A DNA stretch of 64,000 nt from Candidatus Gastranaerophilales bacterium (GCA_944324365.1 CALUWA010000006.1:1113-65112); one strand, 5' to 3'. Numbered from the stretch's first letter, positions 17,509-27,768 are shown. Numbers and translations are program-made. The notes: generated by a model not told the origin, from the sequence alone.

Positions 17509-17901
17509 ATGCCTGGAGAAAGAAAAACTTTTAACGAAATAAATATTACACCTCTTACAGATATCTTTTTGGTATTGCTGATTATAATGATGGTAATTGC
17601 GCCGTTGTTAGACCAGCAGGGGCTTAATTTGACTGTGCCTGAAAATGTTGCCCAGGAGCAAATGGATGATAAAGAGTCTAAAATTTTGACTGTAAGTATT
17701 ACTGCAGACAACAAATATTATATCCAGGGCGAAGAAATCCAGACTTCTGAATTGGAAACAATATTAAAAACACAGGCTAAAGATTACCCGGATGGTATGC
17801 TGATTCAAACAGACGGTGATGCAACGCATGGTGCGGTTGTTAAAGTTATGGATTCTGCCAGAAATTCCGGTATTACGAGTATATCAGTTTCAGCGATGTA
17901 A
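17509..17901 (+). CDS. exbD: ExbD/TolR biopolymer transport protein (second copy)
   Basis: EINITPLTDIFLVLLIIMMV signature; tandem paralog of the preceding gene. Confidence 0.88.
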   Translation: MPGERKTFNEINITPLTDIFLVLLIIMMVIAPLLDQQGLNLTVPENVAQEQMDDKESKILTVSITADNKYYIQGEEIQTSELETILKTQAKDYPDGMLIQTDGDATHGAVVKVMDSARNSGITSISVSAM

Positions 17902-17923
17902 AATTCTCAAAATTTAATACTAT

Positions 17924-17960
17924 GAAATCAGCATTTGGCTAATTCAAATGCTGATTTTGT
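17924..17960 (+). terminator. rho-independent terminator
   Basis: AAATCAGCATTTG-loop-CAAATGCTGATTT followed by TGTT. Confidence 0.6.
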
Positions 17961-18173
17961 TATATATCTTTATGAAAATTAAAGTTTTTGTAATATTATG
18001 CCGTTGTACTGGAAAAATCAGTGTTTTTTAGCTTTAATAGATAGAGGAGGGCTAGTAATGTAGCTGGTTTTAAATAGTAAATTGTTAATAATTGTTTACA
18101 AATTAGCAATTTTTTATATATTTTATTGTTTATATTATTATACGTATACAAATAAAAATAGTGAGGGATATTT

Positions 18174-21100
18174 ATGTCTAAAAAATTATCGAAGATGAGT
18201 ATCGCAGCTTTAGTTATTGCTTTTTCTGTAGCTACAAGTGCCAGAGCTGGTGATATTACTGGAATTACCGGAGTTGGTGGTGTGTTTGATATTAGTCCTT
18301 CAAGGATTAATGGAGAAGCTGGTCTTAGAGAATATACAAATTTTAGATTAGATCAAGGTGAGGTTGCAAACCTGATTTTTAAATACGGCAATCAAGATAT
18401 TTCAAAATTCGTAAACCTTGTCGATAATCAAATTAATATTAACGGTTTGGTCAACACTGTAAGAAACGGACAATTTTATCCTGGCGAAGCAATATTTGTA
18501 TCTCCAAATGGTATGGTTGTAGGTGAATCAGGTGTTTTGAATGTTGGTTCATTATCTGTTTTGACTCCGACTGCACCGGGTATGAAAATGTTTAAAGATG
18601 GTAAAGCTACATTAGAAGAACTTGGTTACCATGGTAATTCGAATATAACAGTTAACGGTATGGTTCTTGCCCGTAATAATATAGGAATGGTCGCAAGAGA
18701 TTTGACCGTAGGGCCTAATGCTGCTTTAGTTGCCGGCATGGGTACAGGCTATAATACTTTGGTAAATAATTCCCAGCAAGCTTCCGATTTATTTAATCAG
18801 CTTGTAAATACTGGTAAAAATTCAAGCAGTGCAAATATTGAGTTAAGAACATATAACAGAGACGGCGCAGGTACTAACGGTATGAATATCCAAGGCGATG
18901 TTATAAATCATGGTACCGGCGATATTGTTATGATAAACCGCGGCGCAGGATTTAATACATCAGGCGGTCATATAACAGCTCATGGCGGTGATGTTTATCT
19001 TACTAATGGCAATGGAGCAATGAATGTTAACAGTACAGTTTCTGCGGATAGCATTTATATTGCTGGTGGTTCTAATGCCGGTGGTATAAATATTGATTCG
19101 GATTTGTCCGGAAAAGATTTAGTTCAAATTGTTCATAATGGTTCAGGTAATACCTCTGTGGATGGTGATATTTCAGGACAAGGTAACGTTTATATAACAG
19201 AACGTAGTGGAAATTTGGCTATTAACGGTGATATTACAAATGCTAATGGTAATGTTGTTATTGCAAGTAACGGTACAGGTTTGACTATCGGAGATAGTTC
19301 AGTTATTTCAAATAATAATAAAATTCAAATTGCAAATACCGGTAGAAATGGTATTACATTAGATGGCCAGGTTAAAAATTCAGGTAGTACCGCAATTACA
19401 AACCGTTCCGGTAATTTCAACATAAACGGTTCTGTGGAAAACACATCCGGAAAAATGAATATTACAAATACAGGTAATAAACTTACTTTAGGCACTTCTT
19501 CGTCAATTGTCGGCGGCGGAGATGAGTTATTAATCCAAAATACAGGTGCCGGCGGTTTTGAGGCTAACGGTACAATTCAAAATACAGCATCAACCTTCCT
19601 TCAAAATACCAATGGTGCGATGAATGTTAACGGCACAATTACAAATTCCGGCGACGTTCTTTATATAGCAAATACCAGAAACGGTTCAGGTTTAACTATT
19701 GGACAGAATGCCAATATATCAAATGATAATTCTCTCCAAATCCTGAATACAGGTGCTAACGGTATGACAATCGGCGGTACAATTTATAATGACCATAATT
19801 ATGAAAGAGGTACCGCGATTACAAATCGTGCCGGTAATATGGTTGTTAATGCCAAAATAACAAGCAAAGATGGTAATATAAATCTTACCAATGTCGGTAA
19901 TGGCGGTCTGACAATTGGTAACAGTGCAGAAATCGGTTCTGGTAACGGTGAATTGACTGTTCAAAATACTGGTAACGGCGGTTTGACTGTAAACGGTACT
20001 GTTAATAATAAAGGTACTGCATTTGTATACAATAAGACCGGCGATATGAACGTTAATGGTAAGATTGTTAATTCCCAGGGCGGTCTTTACATTACAAATG
20101 ATGGTAATGCAATGAATCTTAATGAAGGTTCTGCAGTCAGAGTAGCCGGCCAAGGTGCAAAACTTAATATTCTTAACCGAGGCGATGGCGGTATGAAGAT
20201 TAGCGGCAATGTTGCAGATACCGGTAAAACTCTTATTACAAACGTAAAAGGTGATTTCGATATTGATGGTGTTATCAGCAACAAATCAGGTCAGTTAAAT
20301 ATTACCAATAACGGTAATAAGTTGACCATAGCAGAAGGTGCCAGCATATCAAACGATACAAACAGAATTTATATAACAAATAAAGGTGCCGGTGGTATGG
20401 ATGTAAACGGCCAGGTTGTTGGTCAGGGGCATATACTTCTTACTAACAGAAATGGCGGCATGAAAGTATCTTCAAATGTTACATCCGGTAAGGCAAATGT
20501 TGTATTAACAAATACCGGGAATGAAGATATGGTTGTCAATGGTACAGTTACCGGACAAAAGGTTACAGCAACAAGTAAAGGCAATGATATGATTCTTGGC
20601 AACACTGAAACTGATCAGGTTGCGATAAACGGTACTCAAAAAGTTGCAATTACTGTTGAAAACGGCAGCCTGAAAAATGCCGGCAGCGAAGCTGATTTAA
20701 TTAAATCTAATGGAAATTTGTTTGTAAATGTTACAAACGGTACAATTGGCGAAGAATCCGCAACCAAAGATTTGACAAAATCAGTAAATGTTAACATTGG
20801 CGGTAGAATTAAAGCCTTTACAAATAACCGTGATGGTTCAAACAATGACTACAGCATAAATATGGCAAGCCAAAATGCCGATATGAATGTTGACAGAATC
20901 AAAGCTGACGGTACATTAAGATTGGATACAACCGGCTCAATCTTAAATGCATCAACTGATCTTGCAAACTATGCAAACGTTAAAGGTACAACACTTCAAT
21001 TATATGCTGATCAATACATCGGTACCGCAGATAATGCATTGCATTTCCGTCAAACAGATGCGTCTCAGAAATCAAATGTGGTTGCAGGCAGAGATGTTAA

Positions 21101-21311
21101 CCTTCACCATCGTGGCGAAGCTGTTGGTGAAAATGTTAACTTTGATACTATCGGCTCTAAAACCGGTAATGTCACTGCAGATATCATCAAAGACGGTGTA
21201 ATTGATAATGTAATTGCTCCGGGATCTATTAATGTTACATCCCGTAGACAGGATGCTAATCTTGAGATTAAAAATCAATCAAATGATACATCATTAATCA
21301 AAGATTACTAA
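18174..21311 (+). CDS. filamentous-haemagglutinin-type (TPS domain) beta-helical exoprotein
   Basis: Signal peptide, then a TPS/haemagglutination-activity region (FVNLVDNQININGLV...AIFVSPNGMVVGESGVLNVGSL). About 800 aa of periodic N/G/T-rich repeats follow (NGxI.N..G...I.N.G.GLTIG). No TpsB gene in the window. Confidence 0.8.
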   Translation: MSKKLSKMSIAALVIAFSVATSARAGDITGITGVGGVFDISPSRINGEAGLREYTNFRLDQGEVANLIFKYGNQDISKFVNLVDNQININGLVNTVRNGQFYPGEAIFVSPNGMVVGESGVLNVGSLSVLTPTAPGMKMFKDGKATLEELGYHGNSNITVNGMVLARNNIGMVARDLTVGPNAALVAGMGTGYNTLVNNSQQASDLFNQLVNTGKNSSSANIELRTYNRDGAGTNGMNIQGDVINHGTGDIVMINRGAGFNTSGGHITAHGGDVYLTNGNGAMNVNSTVSADSIYIAGGSNAGGINIDSDLSGKDLVQIVHNGSGNTSVDGDISGQGNVYITERSGNLAINGDITNANGNVVIASNGTGLTIGDSSVISNNNKIQIANTGRNGITLDGQVKNSGSTAITNRSGNFNINGSVENTSGKMNITNTGNKLTLGTSSSIVGGGDELLIQNTGAGGFEANGTIQNTASTFLQNTNGAMNVNGTITNSGDVLYIANTRNGSGLTIGQNANISNDNSLQILNTGANGMTIGGTIYNDHNYERGTAITNRAGNMVVNAKITSKDGNINLTNVGNGGLTIGNSAEIGSGNGELTVQNTGNGGLTVNGTVNNKGTAFVYNKTGDMNVNGKIVNSQGGLYITNDGNAMNLNEGSAVRVAGQGAKLNILNRGDGGMKISGNVADTGKTLITNVKGDFDIDGVISNKSGQLNITNNGNKLTIAEGASISNDTNRIYITNKGAGGMDVNGQVVGQGHILLTNRNGGMKVSSNVTSGKANVVLTNTGNEDMVVNGTVTGQKVTATSKGNDMILGNTETDQVAINGTQKVAITVENGSLKNAGSEADLIKSNGNLFVNVTNGTIGEESATKDLTKSVNVNIGGRIKAFTNNRDGSNNDYSINMASQNADMNVDRIKADGTLRLDTTGSILNASTDLANYANVKGTTLQLYADQYIGTADNALHFRQTDASQKSNVVAGRDVNLHHRGEAVGENVNFDTIGSKTGNVTADIIKDGVIDNVIAPGSINVTSRRQDANLEIKNQSNDTSLIKDY

Positions 21312-21338
21312 TAGTGCTAACAGTCAATAGCAATAAAA

Positions 21339-21363
21339 AAGGCGGATTTAAAAAATCCGCCTT
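21339..21363. terminator. bidirectional rho-independent terminator
   Basis: AAGGCGGATTT-AAA-AAATCCGCCTT between convergent genes. Confidence 0.6.
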
Positions 21364-21387
21364 TAACTTTTTTATATAGAAAAGTTA

Positions 21388-21924
21388 TTATGAAAAATAT
21401 CTTTTCAATAATCCGTCAAAACCTTTTCCGTGACGAGCTTCATCTTTTGCCATTTCGTGAACTGTGTCATGAATTGCATCGTAACCCAATTCTTTAGCGC
21501 GTTTTGCGATAGCTAATTTACCTTCGCAAGCGCCGTGTTCAGCTTCAGCTCTAAGTTCAAGGTTTTTCTTAGTTGAATTTGTTACAACTTCACCGAGTAA
21601 TTCTGCAAATTTTGCAGCATGTTCAGCTTCTTCGTAAGAATATCTTTTATAAGCTTCTGCAACTTCAGGGTATCCTTCTCTTTCAGCTACTCTTGCCATT
21701 GCAAGATACATGCCAACTTCGGTACATTCACCTGTAAAGTGAGCTCTCAAACCTTCCATTACTTCTTTATCTTCAACTTTACCGTCGCCTACATTATGCT
21801 CGCATGCATAAACCTTTTCGCCGCCGCCAACTTCTTTAAAAGTTGTTGCACCGCATAAAGGGCATTTTTCCGGAGCTTTATCAGCTTCTGTAGACCAACC
21901 GCATACTGTACATACATATTTCAT
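21388..21924 (-). CDS. reverse rubrerythrin (N-terminal rubredoxin-like, C-terminal diiron ferritin-like domain)
   Basis: ATG 21924 after AAGGTGG. CTVCGW...CPLCG at the N-terminus, then ExxH diiron motifs ([18 protein letters not shown]). Confidence 0.85.
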   Translation of the reverse strand: MKYVCTVCGWSTEADKAPEKCPLCGATTFKEVGGGEKVYACEHNVGDGKVEDKEVMEGLRAHFTGECTEVGMYLAMARVAEREGYPEVAEAYKRYSYEEAEHAAKFAELLGEVVTNSTKKNLELRAEAEHGACEGKLAIAKRAKELGYDAIHDTVHEMAKDEARHGKGFDGLLKRYFS

Positions 21925-21993
21925 ATTTACCACCTTTCTTTTTACCATTTTATTGTATATTAAATTCTTTTATTTGTAAAGTGAGAATAGTTA

Positions 21994-22563
21994 TTATTTT
22001 GTAATATTTCTTAATAAATTTATTACGGTTTCTGTGTCAAGCCCGATTATATTTTCAAGACTGCCTTTGTATGATTTTATGTAATCTTGAGGCATTTCCT
22101 GAATTCCGTAGGACCCTGCTTTATCAAATGGTTTGTATGTATCTATATAAGAGTATATTTGCTCATCGCTAAGCTGTTCAAATTCAACGTAGCTTGTGAC
22201 GGAAGTTTGTTTTAATTCTTTATTTTCGGTATTATAAATTGCAATGCCTGTTACAACCGAGTGCGTTCTGCCAGCGAGGTTTTTAAGCATTTTAAACGCG
22301 TCTTCTCTGTCTTTTGGTTTGCCGAGTATTTTATTATCAAGAACAACAACAGTATCGGCGCCGATTATAATTGAGGGTTCTTTTACAAGCGGAGCCACGG
22401 CCACGGCTTTGTTTACGGCTAAACTCTCTATAAATTCATAAGAAAAATCCGTCCTCGTATGGTCTTCTATATACGGTGACGGGATAATTTCAAAATCGTA
22501 TTTAGTTTTCTTTAGGAGCTCTCTTCGTCTTGGAGAAGAGGACGCCAAAATAATTTTTCCCAT
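21994..22563 (-). CDS. maf: Maf-like nucleoside triphosphate pyrophosphatase
   Basis: ILASSSPRRRELL N-terminus and the GKP...DKAGSYGIQ motifs. Confidence 0.9.
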   Translation of the reverse strand: MGKIILASSSPRRRELLKKTKYDFEIIPSPYIEDHTRTDFSYEFIESLAVNKAVAVAPLVKEPSIIIGADTVVVLDNKILGKPKDREDAFKMLKNLAGRTHSVVTGIAIYNTENKELKQTSVTSYVEFEQLSDEQIYSYIDTYKPFDKAGSYGIQEMPQDYIKSYKGSLENIIGLDTETVINLLRNITK

Positions 22564-22616
22564 AGTTTTTCCTCTTTTTAGATATTATATCTTAAAAAGA
22601 GGAATTTATAAAATCT

Positions 22617-22856
22617 TTAATATGCCCGGTTTGATTTGTTGTATCTTGCATTACGGGCATTGACGGCATAACATGCGATATTAAGCCGCTGTTTCAGCAT
22701 CATCATATTTTTATACATGCTTGCATAATCATTCATTGCGCTCATCATCTTGTTTGGATCGACCATGGATTCCATATCATCGTGGTTGTCAACTTTTTCT
22801 TCTGCGTATTTTTTTACCAATAACTGGTCGATATAGTCTTCAGCACCTATTGCCAT
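22617..22856 (-). CDS. hypothetical small protein (79 aa, Met-rich)
   Basis: Good SD (GGGAGG) before the ATG. No family recognised. Confidence 0.5.
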   Translation of the reverse strand: MAIGAEDYIDQLLVKKYAEEKVDNHDDMESMVDPNKMMSAMNDYASMYKNMMMLKQRLNIACYAVNARNARYNKSNRAY

Positions 22857-23029
22857 AGAGACCTCCCTGTGTTTCCTGTTTTCCTTAACTATGAGAAAGT
22901 ATTAGTATCCTAAATATTCCTTATATATATACTAAGTATTTTATTCCACTAAAATTGCTTGATTTATCATAAATATTAATAATTCTTAACAAAAGAAAAT
23001 GCAGGTATGGGGCGGTTTATAGAACTATA

Positions 23030-23761
23030 TTAAAATCTTCTCACATAATAGTTTTTATCTTGTTTTAATTCCATTTGTGCCGCTTCCAGATCACTATCAT
23101 TAAAGCCAAATGAAAGAATTTTTGCTGTTTTTTCTCTGATTGTATATTCGTTTATATTTTTTGTTTTTAGTAGTATTTCCTTAAGCTGTTCTATAGGAAT
23201 TGCCCGGCAAAAATTATATATAGTTTCAAGGCACCAATATAGTTTGAAAACTTCTTTATTTATTTTATATTTTCCGTCCTGCAGGTCGAATTTTTCTATT
23301 TCGGTTATGAGGCTGTTTGTTTTTTCAATAAGCTTTGGGCAAAAGTACGAACAAAATTCTTTGGAATTTTTTAAGTTTGATATTGCGGATATTGTGTTTC
23401 TGCAAATATTACCGTTTATATCAATAATTGCCTCAAGAAAAATATCGTAGCTTTTTAGATTTTTAAAATATTCAAGAGTTGTTTGCTCACTCATGAATTC
23501 TGCAATGCGCATAGAAACAGCTTCCCTGATTTTTCCGTCCTGCCCTGTGAGATTTTTAAGCAAAATAGCGGCTTCCTCTTGAGAATTTATTGTATCAAGC
23601 TTTAGGGCAGCAATTTGTTTTTGCGGAATATTGCCGTTTTTAAGTAAGTTAATCAGCTCGCTGTGAGAAAAATTTCTTTCAATAAGCTTCAGGGCCTCTT
23701 TAAAATTTTCATCTAAAGTTTCATAGTAAGTGTTATTCAAATTTAATTCCTGATTTACCAT
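23030..23761 (-). CDS. hypothetical protein, alpha-helical (HEAT/ARM-like) repeats
   Basis: 243-aa ORF with helical-repeat-like periodicity. No specific family recognised. Confidence 0.5.
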   Translation of the reverse strand: MVNQELNLNNTYYETLDENFKEALKLIERNFSHSELINLLKNGNIPQKQIAALKLDTINSQEEAAILLKNLTGQDGKIREAVSMRIAEFMSEQTTLEYFKNLKSYDIFLEAIIDINGNICRNTISAISNLKNSKEFCSYFCPKLIEKTNSLITEIEKFDLQDGKYKINKEVFKLYWCLETIYNFCRAIPIEQLKEILLKTKNINEYTIREKTAKILSFGFNDSDLEAAQMELKQDKNYYVRRF

Positions 23762-23855
23762 ACATAATTAATATAGCATAAAATCTAATGTAATTTGCAT
23801 AATATGCAGGTTTAATGTATTATATCGTTAGCAAACACAAATGAGGAGATACATT

Positions 23856-24032
23856 ATGAAAGGTATTGTAGCATTTTTGAAAGATATATTTACTTTTTCT
23901 GATGATAACAGCACAAAAGTCGGATTATCCCAGTTTAAGATGACAAAAGAGTCTGTTCGTCCTGCAGCAAAAAAAGCTGTTAATCAGACCGGAGAGGTTA
24001 AGTTGTCAGATTTAATGCGCAGAAGTTATTAA
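23856..24032 (+). CDS. hypothetical small protein (58 aa)
   Basis: ATG 23856 preceded by GAGGAG. Confidence 0.4.
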   Translation: MKGIVAFLKDIFTFSDDNSTKVGLSQFKMTKESVRPAAKKAVNQTGEVKLSDLMRRSY

Positions 24033-24036
24033 TTTT

Positions 24037-24823
24037 ATGAAAAATGTCTTGTTAAAAAAGAGTTGGATAATATTTTTATCTTGTTTTATTCCAATTTCTG
24101 CAATAAGGAAGCGTTGGCGTGCCAAACATTTGTCTGCTTTGCCGGCAGGACAAGCTGTTGTCAGCTATGGTTTTGGCAATTGTATATTTTTAGTAGATAA
24201 AGGCGGACACAAGCATAAAGTAGAGGAAGTTCCTGGACTTCGTATAATCTAATCTTTCAGGGTTCTAATTCAGTAGTTGAAATTTACGAGCCTTTTCATT
24301 TTAATAATTGCGAATTTGCGGTTGGAAGTAATTCTCAGATTTGTATTCAAAGCACGAAATATAATATAGTTGGATTAACAATGACTCCAATGAACTCTGC
24401 TAAAGTTGCAATAGGCAAAGATTTTTCCTGTATAGGCTGCCATATAGAAAATCATGATGAAAGCGGTTTAAATATTTCTATTGGAGATGATTGTATGTTT
24501 TCATACGGTATAAAATGAGAACAAGTGATGGGCATTCTATATATAATCCTGATACCGGAGAATTGCTTAATAAACCTAAATCAGGGATTAATATAGGAAA
24601 TCACGTCTGGGTAGGTACTGATGTATTTATACTAAAAGATGTATCTATTGCGGATAATACCGTAGTTGGAGCAGGGTCAATAGTGACGAAAGCTTTTACT
24701 GATAAAAATGTAATTCTGGCCGGAACCCCGGCTAAAATAATTAAAACAAATGTGAACTGGTCACGTAAAAATACGGAACACTTTATTAAGGATAAAAAAA
24801 ATAATAATCTAGCGGGTGTATAG
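24037..24823 (+). pseudogene. hexapeptide-repeat (LbH) acyl/acetyltransferase disrupted by two frameshifts
   Basis: Three collinear ORF pieces in frames 1, 0 and 2. The first break is at a TAATC-TAATC tandem duplication (24245-24254). The second is at an A4 run (24512-24515). The C-terminal piece has IGNHVWVGTDVFILKDVSIADNTVVGAGSIV hexapeptide repeats. Confidence 0.75.
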
Positions 24824-25402
24824 TTCTTCTTTGCTAAATTGACGTGAGGTGATATCGTAATTTAGCAAATATTCTAATGCATCTTCCGGAGTAGATGCCA
24901 GGTAGTATAAATCTTTTGCTTTTTTGTTTGCAAATTTTTGGTAAAGGATTTCTTCAAAGAACGCAAAAAGCTTGTCATAAAAACCGTTTGTGTTTAAAAA
25001 GATTATTGGTTTATTATTGTAGCCAAGCTGCTTTTGGACGATAATTTCACAAACCTCTTCCAAAGTGCCGAAACCTCCCGGCAAGGCAATAACTCCGTCT
25101 GATAATTCATCCATTTTTGCTTTTCGCTCTCTCATTCCCGGTGTTAGGTAAAATTCGTCGCAGATATTTGCAGAAACGCCAAAATCATTAAGTTTTTCGG
25201 GCATTACACCATATAATTTCCCGCCTGCTTCTTTTAGCGCTCCGGCACAAGCCCACATTAAACCGAGTTTGCTCCCGCCGTAAACCATATTAAATCCGTT
25301 TTCACCGAGCAGTGTTCCTGTTTTTGAAGCTTCTTTGTAATAAATTTCATCCAGATAATTACAGGAAGATGCAAATATACAAATGTTTGACTTAGTCCTC
25401 AA
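24809..25402 (-). CDS. LOG-family (TIGR00730) nucleotide 5'-monophosphate nucleosidase
   Basis: GGSKLGLM and PGGFGTLEE motifs. Confidence 0.85.
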   Translation of the reverse strand: MRTKSNICIFASSCNYLDEIYYKEASKTGTLLGENGFNMVYGGSKLGLMWACAGALKEAGGKLYGVMPEKLNDFGVSANICDEFYLTPGMRERKAKMDELSDGVIALPGGFGTLEEVCEIIVQKQLGYNNKPIIFLNTNGFYDKLFAFFEEILYQKFANKKAKDLYYLASTPEDALEYLLNYDITSRQFSKEELYTR

Positions 25403-26024
25403 AACTTCCTCCGATGTTGTAATAATGTGAGCAGGCTACTCCGCTTCCATTTTCGGAGCAATCTTCTTTTAGCTGCTGCAAAGATAAATCTTCCCCGAGA
25501 GATTCAATTCTGTCAGCGTATATTTTGGCCCCAAAAATATCTTTTCCCCAGGTGTTTGGAGGTAATATCCCGTTTACATCAAATGTCATTAAAAACAAAG
25601 ACTCGGTTTTATTTGTATTTGGGATATCTTTTATGCCGACAATCATTTTCTTGTCAGTAAAGTAGTAATCCGTAAAATAATAGATACTGTCCTTTCCTAC
25701 TCGGTCACCGTTCATAAATTTTGTATGATAGCGTCTAGTTGCTTTTGTTGTGTATAATCTGAAATATGGCTTAAGAATTTCTCTAAAAAGTTCTTCACGC
25801 TCTTCAGCAGTTTTAGCTCGTCTGAAACTTGTCAGAATTTCCTGTTTTTCCTGCTTAAGAATAACATCCTGCACATAAGTAAGTTTATTGTAGCAATCTT
25901 TCCATTTTGTGATTAAGTTTGCCTGAACTGTTGATTGCAATGATGTCGGAATAAATAATAGCACTGCCGTAAATACTATTAATAATGTAATTGTATATTC
26001 AACACGCCAGCCTGGAAGTTTCAT
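25392..26024 (-). CDS. divergent pilin/pseudopilin-related membrane-anchored protein E
   Basis: Short leader MKLPG then WRVEYTITLLIVFTAVLLFIP hydrophobic helix. Shares the FDVNGILPPNTWGKDIF motif with pilin-like A, B and C (D(V/L)N(C/G)xxxPNxxG(R/K)D(I/V)F). Confidence 0.45.
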   Translation of the reverse strand: MKLPGWRVEYTITLLIVFTAVLLFIPTSLQSTVQANLITKWKDCYNKLTYVQDVILKQEKQEILTSFRRAKTAEEREELFREILKPYFRLYTTKATRRYHTKFMNGDRVGKDSIYYFTDYYFTDKKMIVGIKDIPNTNKTESLFLMTFDVNGILPPNTWGKDIFGAKIYADRIESLGEDLSLQQLKEDCSENGSGVACSHYYNIGGSFED

Positions 26025-26035
26025 AGTCTGCTCCT

Positions 26036-26884
26036 TTATGCCATATCAATGCATTTTTTTTCTTGCATAAGTTTGTCGTATATCCATTCCGGAACAAAGT
26101 TTTTACCGAGAATAATTTGTCCGTTCATAATATTTGGTGCATGAAAATCTGAGCCTCCGGTTACGATAAGTCCTAGATTTTCTGCCATTGATGAGAAATA
26201 TTCGACACAAGCCGGAGAATGTTTTCTGTGATAAGCTTCAATTCCGCGCAGCCCGTGTGTCATTAGTTCTTTAATTAAACTTTCCGCAATGTCAAGATCG
26301 TGTGGATGGGCTATAACCGGAACTCCGCCGGCTTCGTATATTATTTCAACCGCATCTTGAGGTGAAACAGTTTTTCTTGGTACATAAACCGGAGAATCGT
26401 CATGGATATATTTTGCATAAGCTTCTATAACACTGGTTGTTCCGCCTGCATTTGTAATTGCTTTGGCAATATGCGGACGTCCTATACTTCCGCCTTCGGC
26501 TACTTGTTTTTTTATATCTTCAAATTTAATCTTTATTCCTTCTTTTTTGGCAAGCAGGTCTATGATTTGATTTACCTGCTCAATTCTTGCCTTTTGCTGA
26601 ATTTTTAATAACTCCTGGAAATCTTTGTTATTTGTGTCCATCATATAACCAAGAATATGAACTTCGTAATTATTATATAACGTATTTATTTCGACACCTT
26701 GTATAACTTCAAGTTTTTTCCCTGTTTGGTTTATATAGTCTTGTGCCACCTGATACGATAAAATGTTATCGTGGTCAGTAAGTGCAATGACTTGCAATCC
26801 GACATCAATAGCGGTGTCAACTATTTTTTCCGGCGAGAAAACACCGTCGGAAAAATAGGTGTGGATATGAAAATCTGACTTCAT
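26036..26884 (-). CDS. PHP-domain phosphoesterase
   Basis: DFHIHTYFSDG N-terminal metal motif and the GGSDFH C-terminal motif. Confidence 0.8.
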   Translation of the reverse strand: MKSDFHIHTYFSDGVFSPEKIVDTAIDVGLQVIALTDHDNILSYQVAQDYINQTGKKLEVIQGVEINTLYNNYEVHILGYMMDTNNKDFQELLKIQQKARIEQVNQIIDLLAKKEGIKIKFEDIKKQVAEGGSIGRPHIAKAITNAGGTTSVIEAYAKYIHDDSPVYVPRKTVSPQDAVEIIYEAGGVPVIAHPHDLDIAESLIKELMTHGLRGIEAYHRKHSPACVEYFSSMAENLGLIVTGGSDFHAPNIMNGQIILGKNFVPEWIYDKLMQEKKCIDMA

Positions 26885-27702
26885 TGACTTTTTTCCTCTT
26901 CTGTTTCATTACTACTACAAAAAATCCTTTTTATAGCAACAGCATATCCTGTATCCTTATTTACAGCCACTTCTACGGCGTTTATCTGGATACTGCTGCT
27001 GTCTGCTATTTCGTAACGTTCAGGGATACTTGTCAAAAATCTGTTTAATGAAGTTTTATAATCCATGCCGATTACACTGTCTTTTGCGCCGCAAAAGCCG
27101 GCATCTGTAATGTATCCCATATTGTTAATAATACTTTCATCTGCAGTCTGAACATGCGTATGTGTTCCGAAAAATGCAGAACATCCTAAATCTGCGCAAT
27201 ATTTAGCAAAACATATTTTTTCAGCGGTTGCTTCCGCGTGAAAATCTATGATGACTATTGGCGTAATTTCTTTTATCTTTAAAATTTCTTCTTTAACAAC
27301 TTTCCAAGGGGAGTCGACAAGGTTCATAAAGACCTGTCCTAAAAGGTTTATTACACCGATTTTTACCCCGTTGAAATCAAAAATAAAGGACCCTTTGCCT
27401 GCCGTAACTGCGGCTGGATAATTTGCGGGACGCAGCAGTTTAGATGCATTATCAATGTAGTTAAAAATATCTCTTTTATCCCAAATATGGTTGCCTGAAG
27501 TCATACAGTTTATGCCGTATTCGGAAAGTTCATTGTAATTTTTTTCTGTTAACCCGAAACCATGAGAAGCATTTTCGACGTTAGCAATGACAAAATAATC
27601 ACTATAATCCTTAGCTGCTAAAAAATCTCTTATTGCATATCTTCCGGGTTTTCCGACTATATCCCCGAAAAATAATATTTTTATTATTTTATCATCACTC
27701 AT
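26881..27702 (-). CDS. ymdB: YmdB-family metallophosphoesterase (TIGR00282)
   Basis: ILFFGDIVGKPGR, NVENASHGFG, GNHIWD and DFHAEATAEK motifs. Downstream of rny as in Firmicutes. Confidence 0.9.
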   Translation of the reverse strand: MSDDKIIKILFFGDIVGKPGRYAIRDFLAAKDYSDYFVIANVENASHGFGLTEKNYNELSEYGINCMTSGNHIWDKRDIFNYIDNASKLLRPANYPAAVTAGKGSFIFDFNGVKIGVINLLGQVFMNLVDSPWKVVKEEILKIKEITPIVIIDFHAEATAEKICFAKYCADLGCSAFFGTHTHVQTADESIINNMGYITDAGFCGAKDSVIGMDYKTSLNRFLTSIPERYEIADSSSIQINAVEVAVNKDTGYAVAIKRIFCSSNETEEEKSQ

Positions 27703-27768
27703 AATTGCACTCTTATTTTTATTTTATTAAATCTACCCTCTGGTAAAAGAGGGTAGATTAGATATCAT

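Noticed and set aside
18174-21311. Contact-dependent inhibition (CdiA-like) toxin system
   Set aside because: There is no VENN or pre-toxin motif, no C-terminal toxin domain, no small immunity ORF downstream and no TpsB/CdiB neighbour. Only the generic TPS-domain beta-helix protein call is supported.
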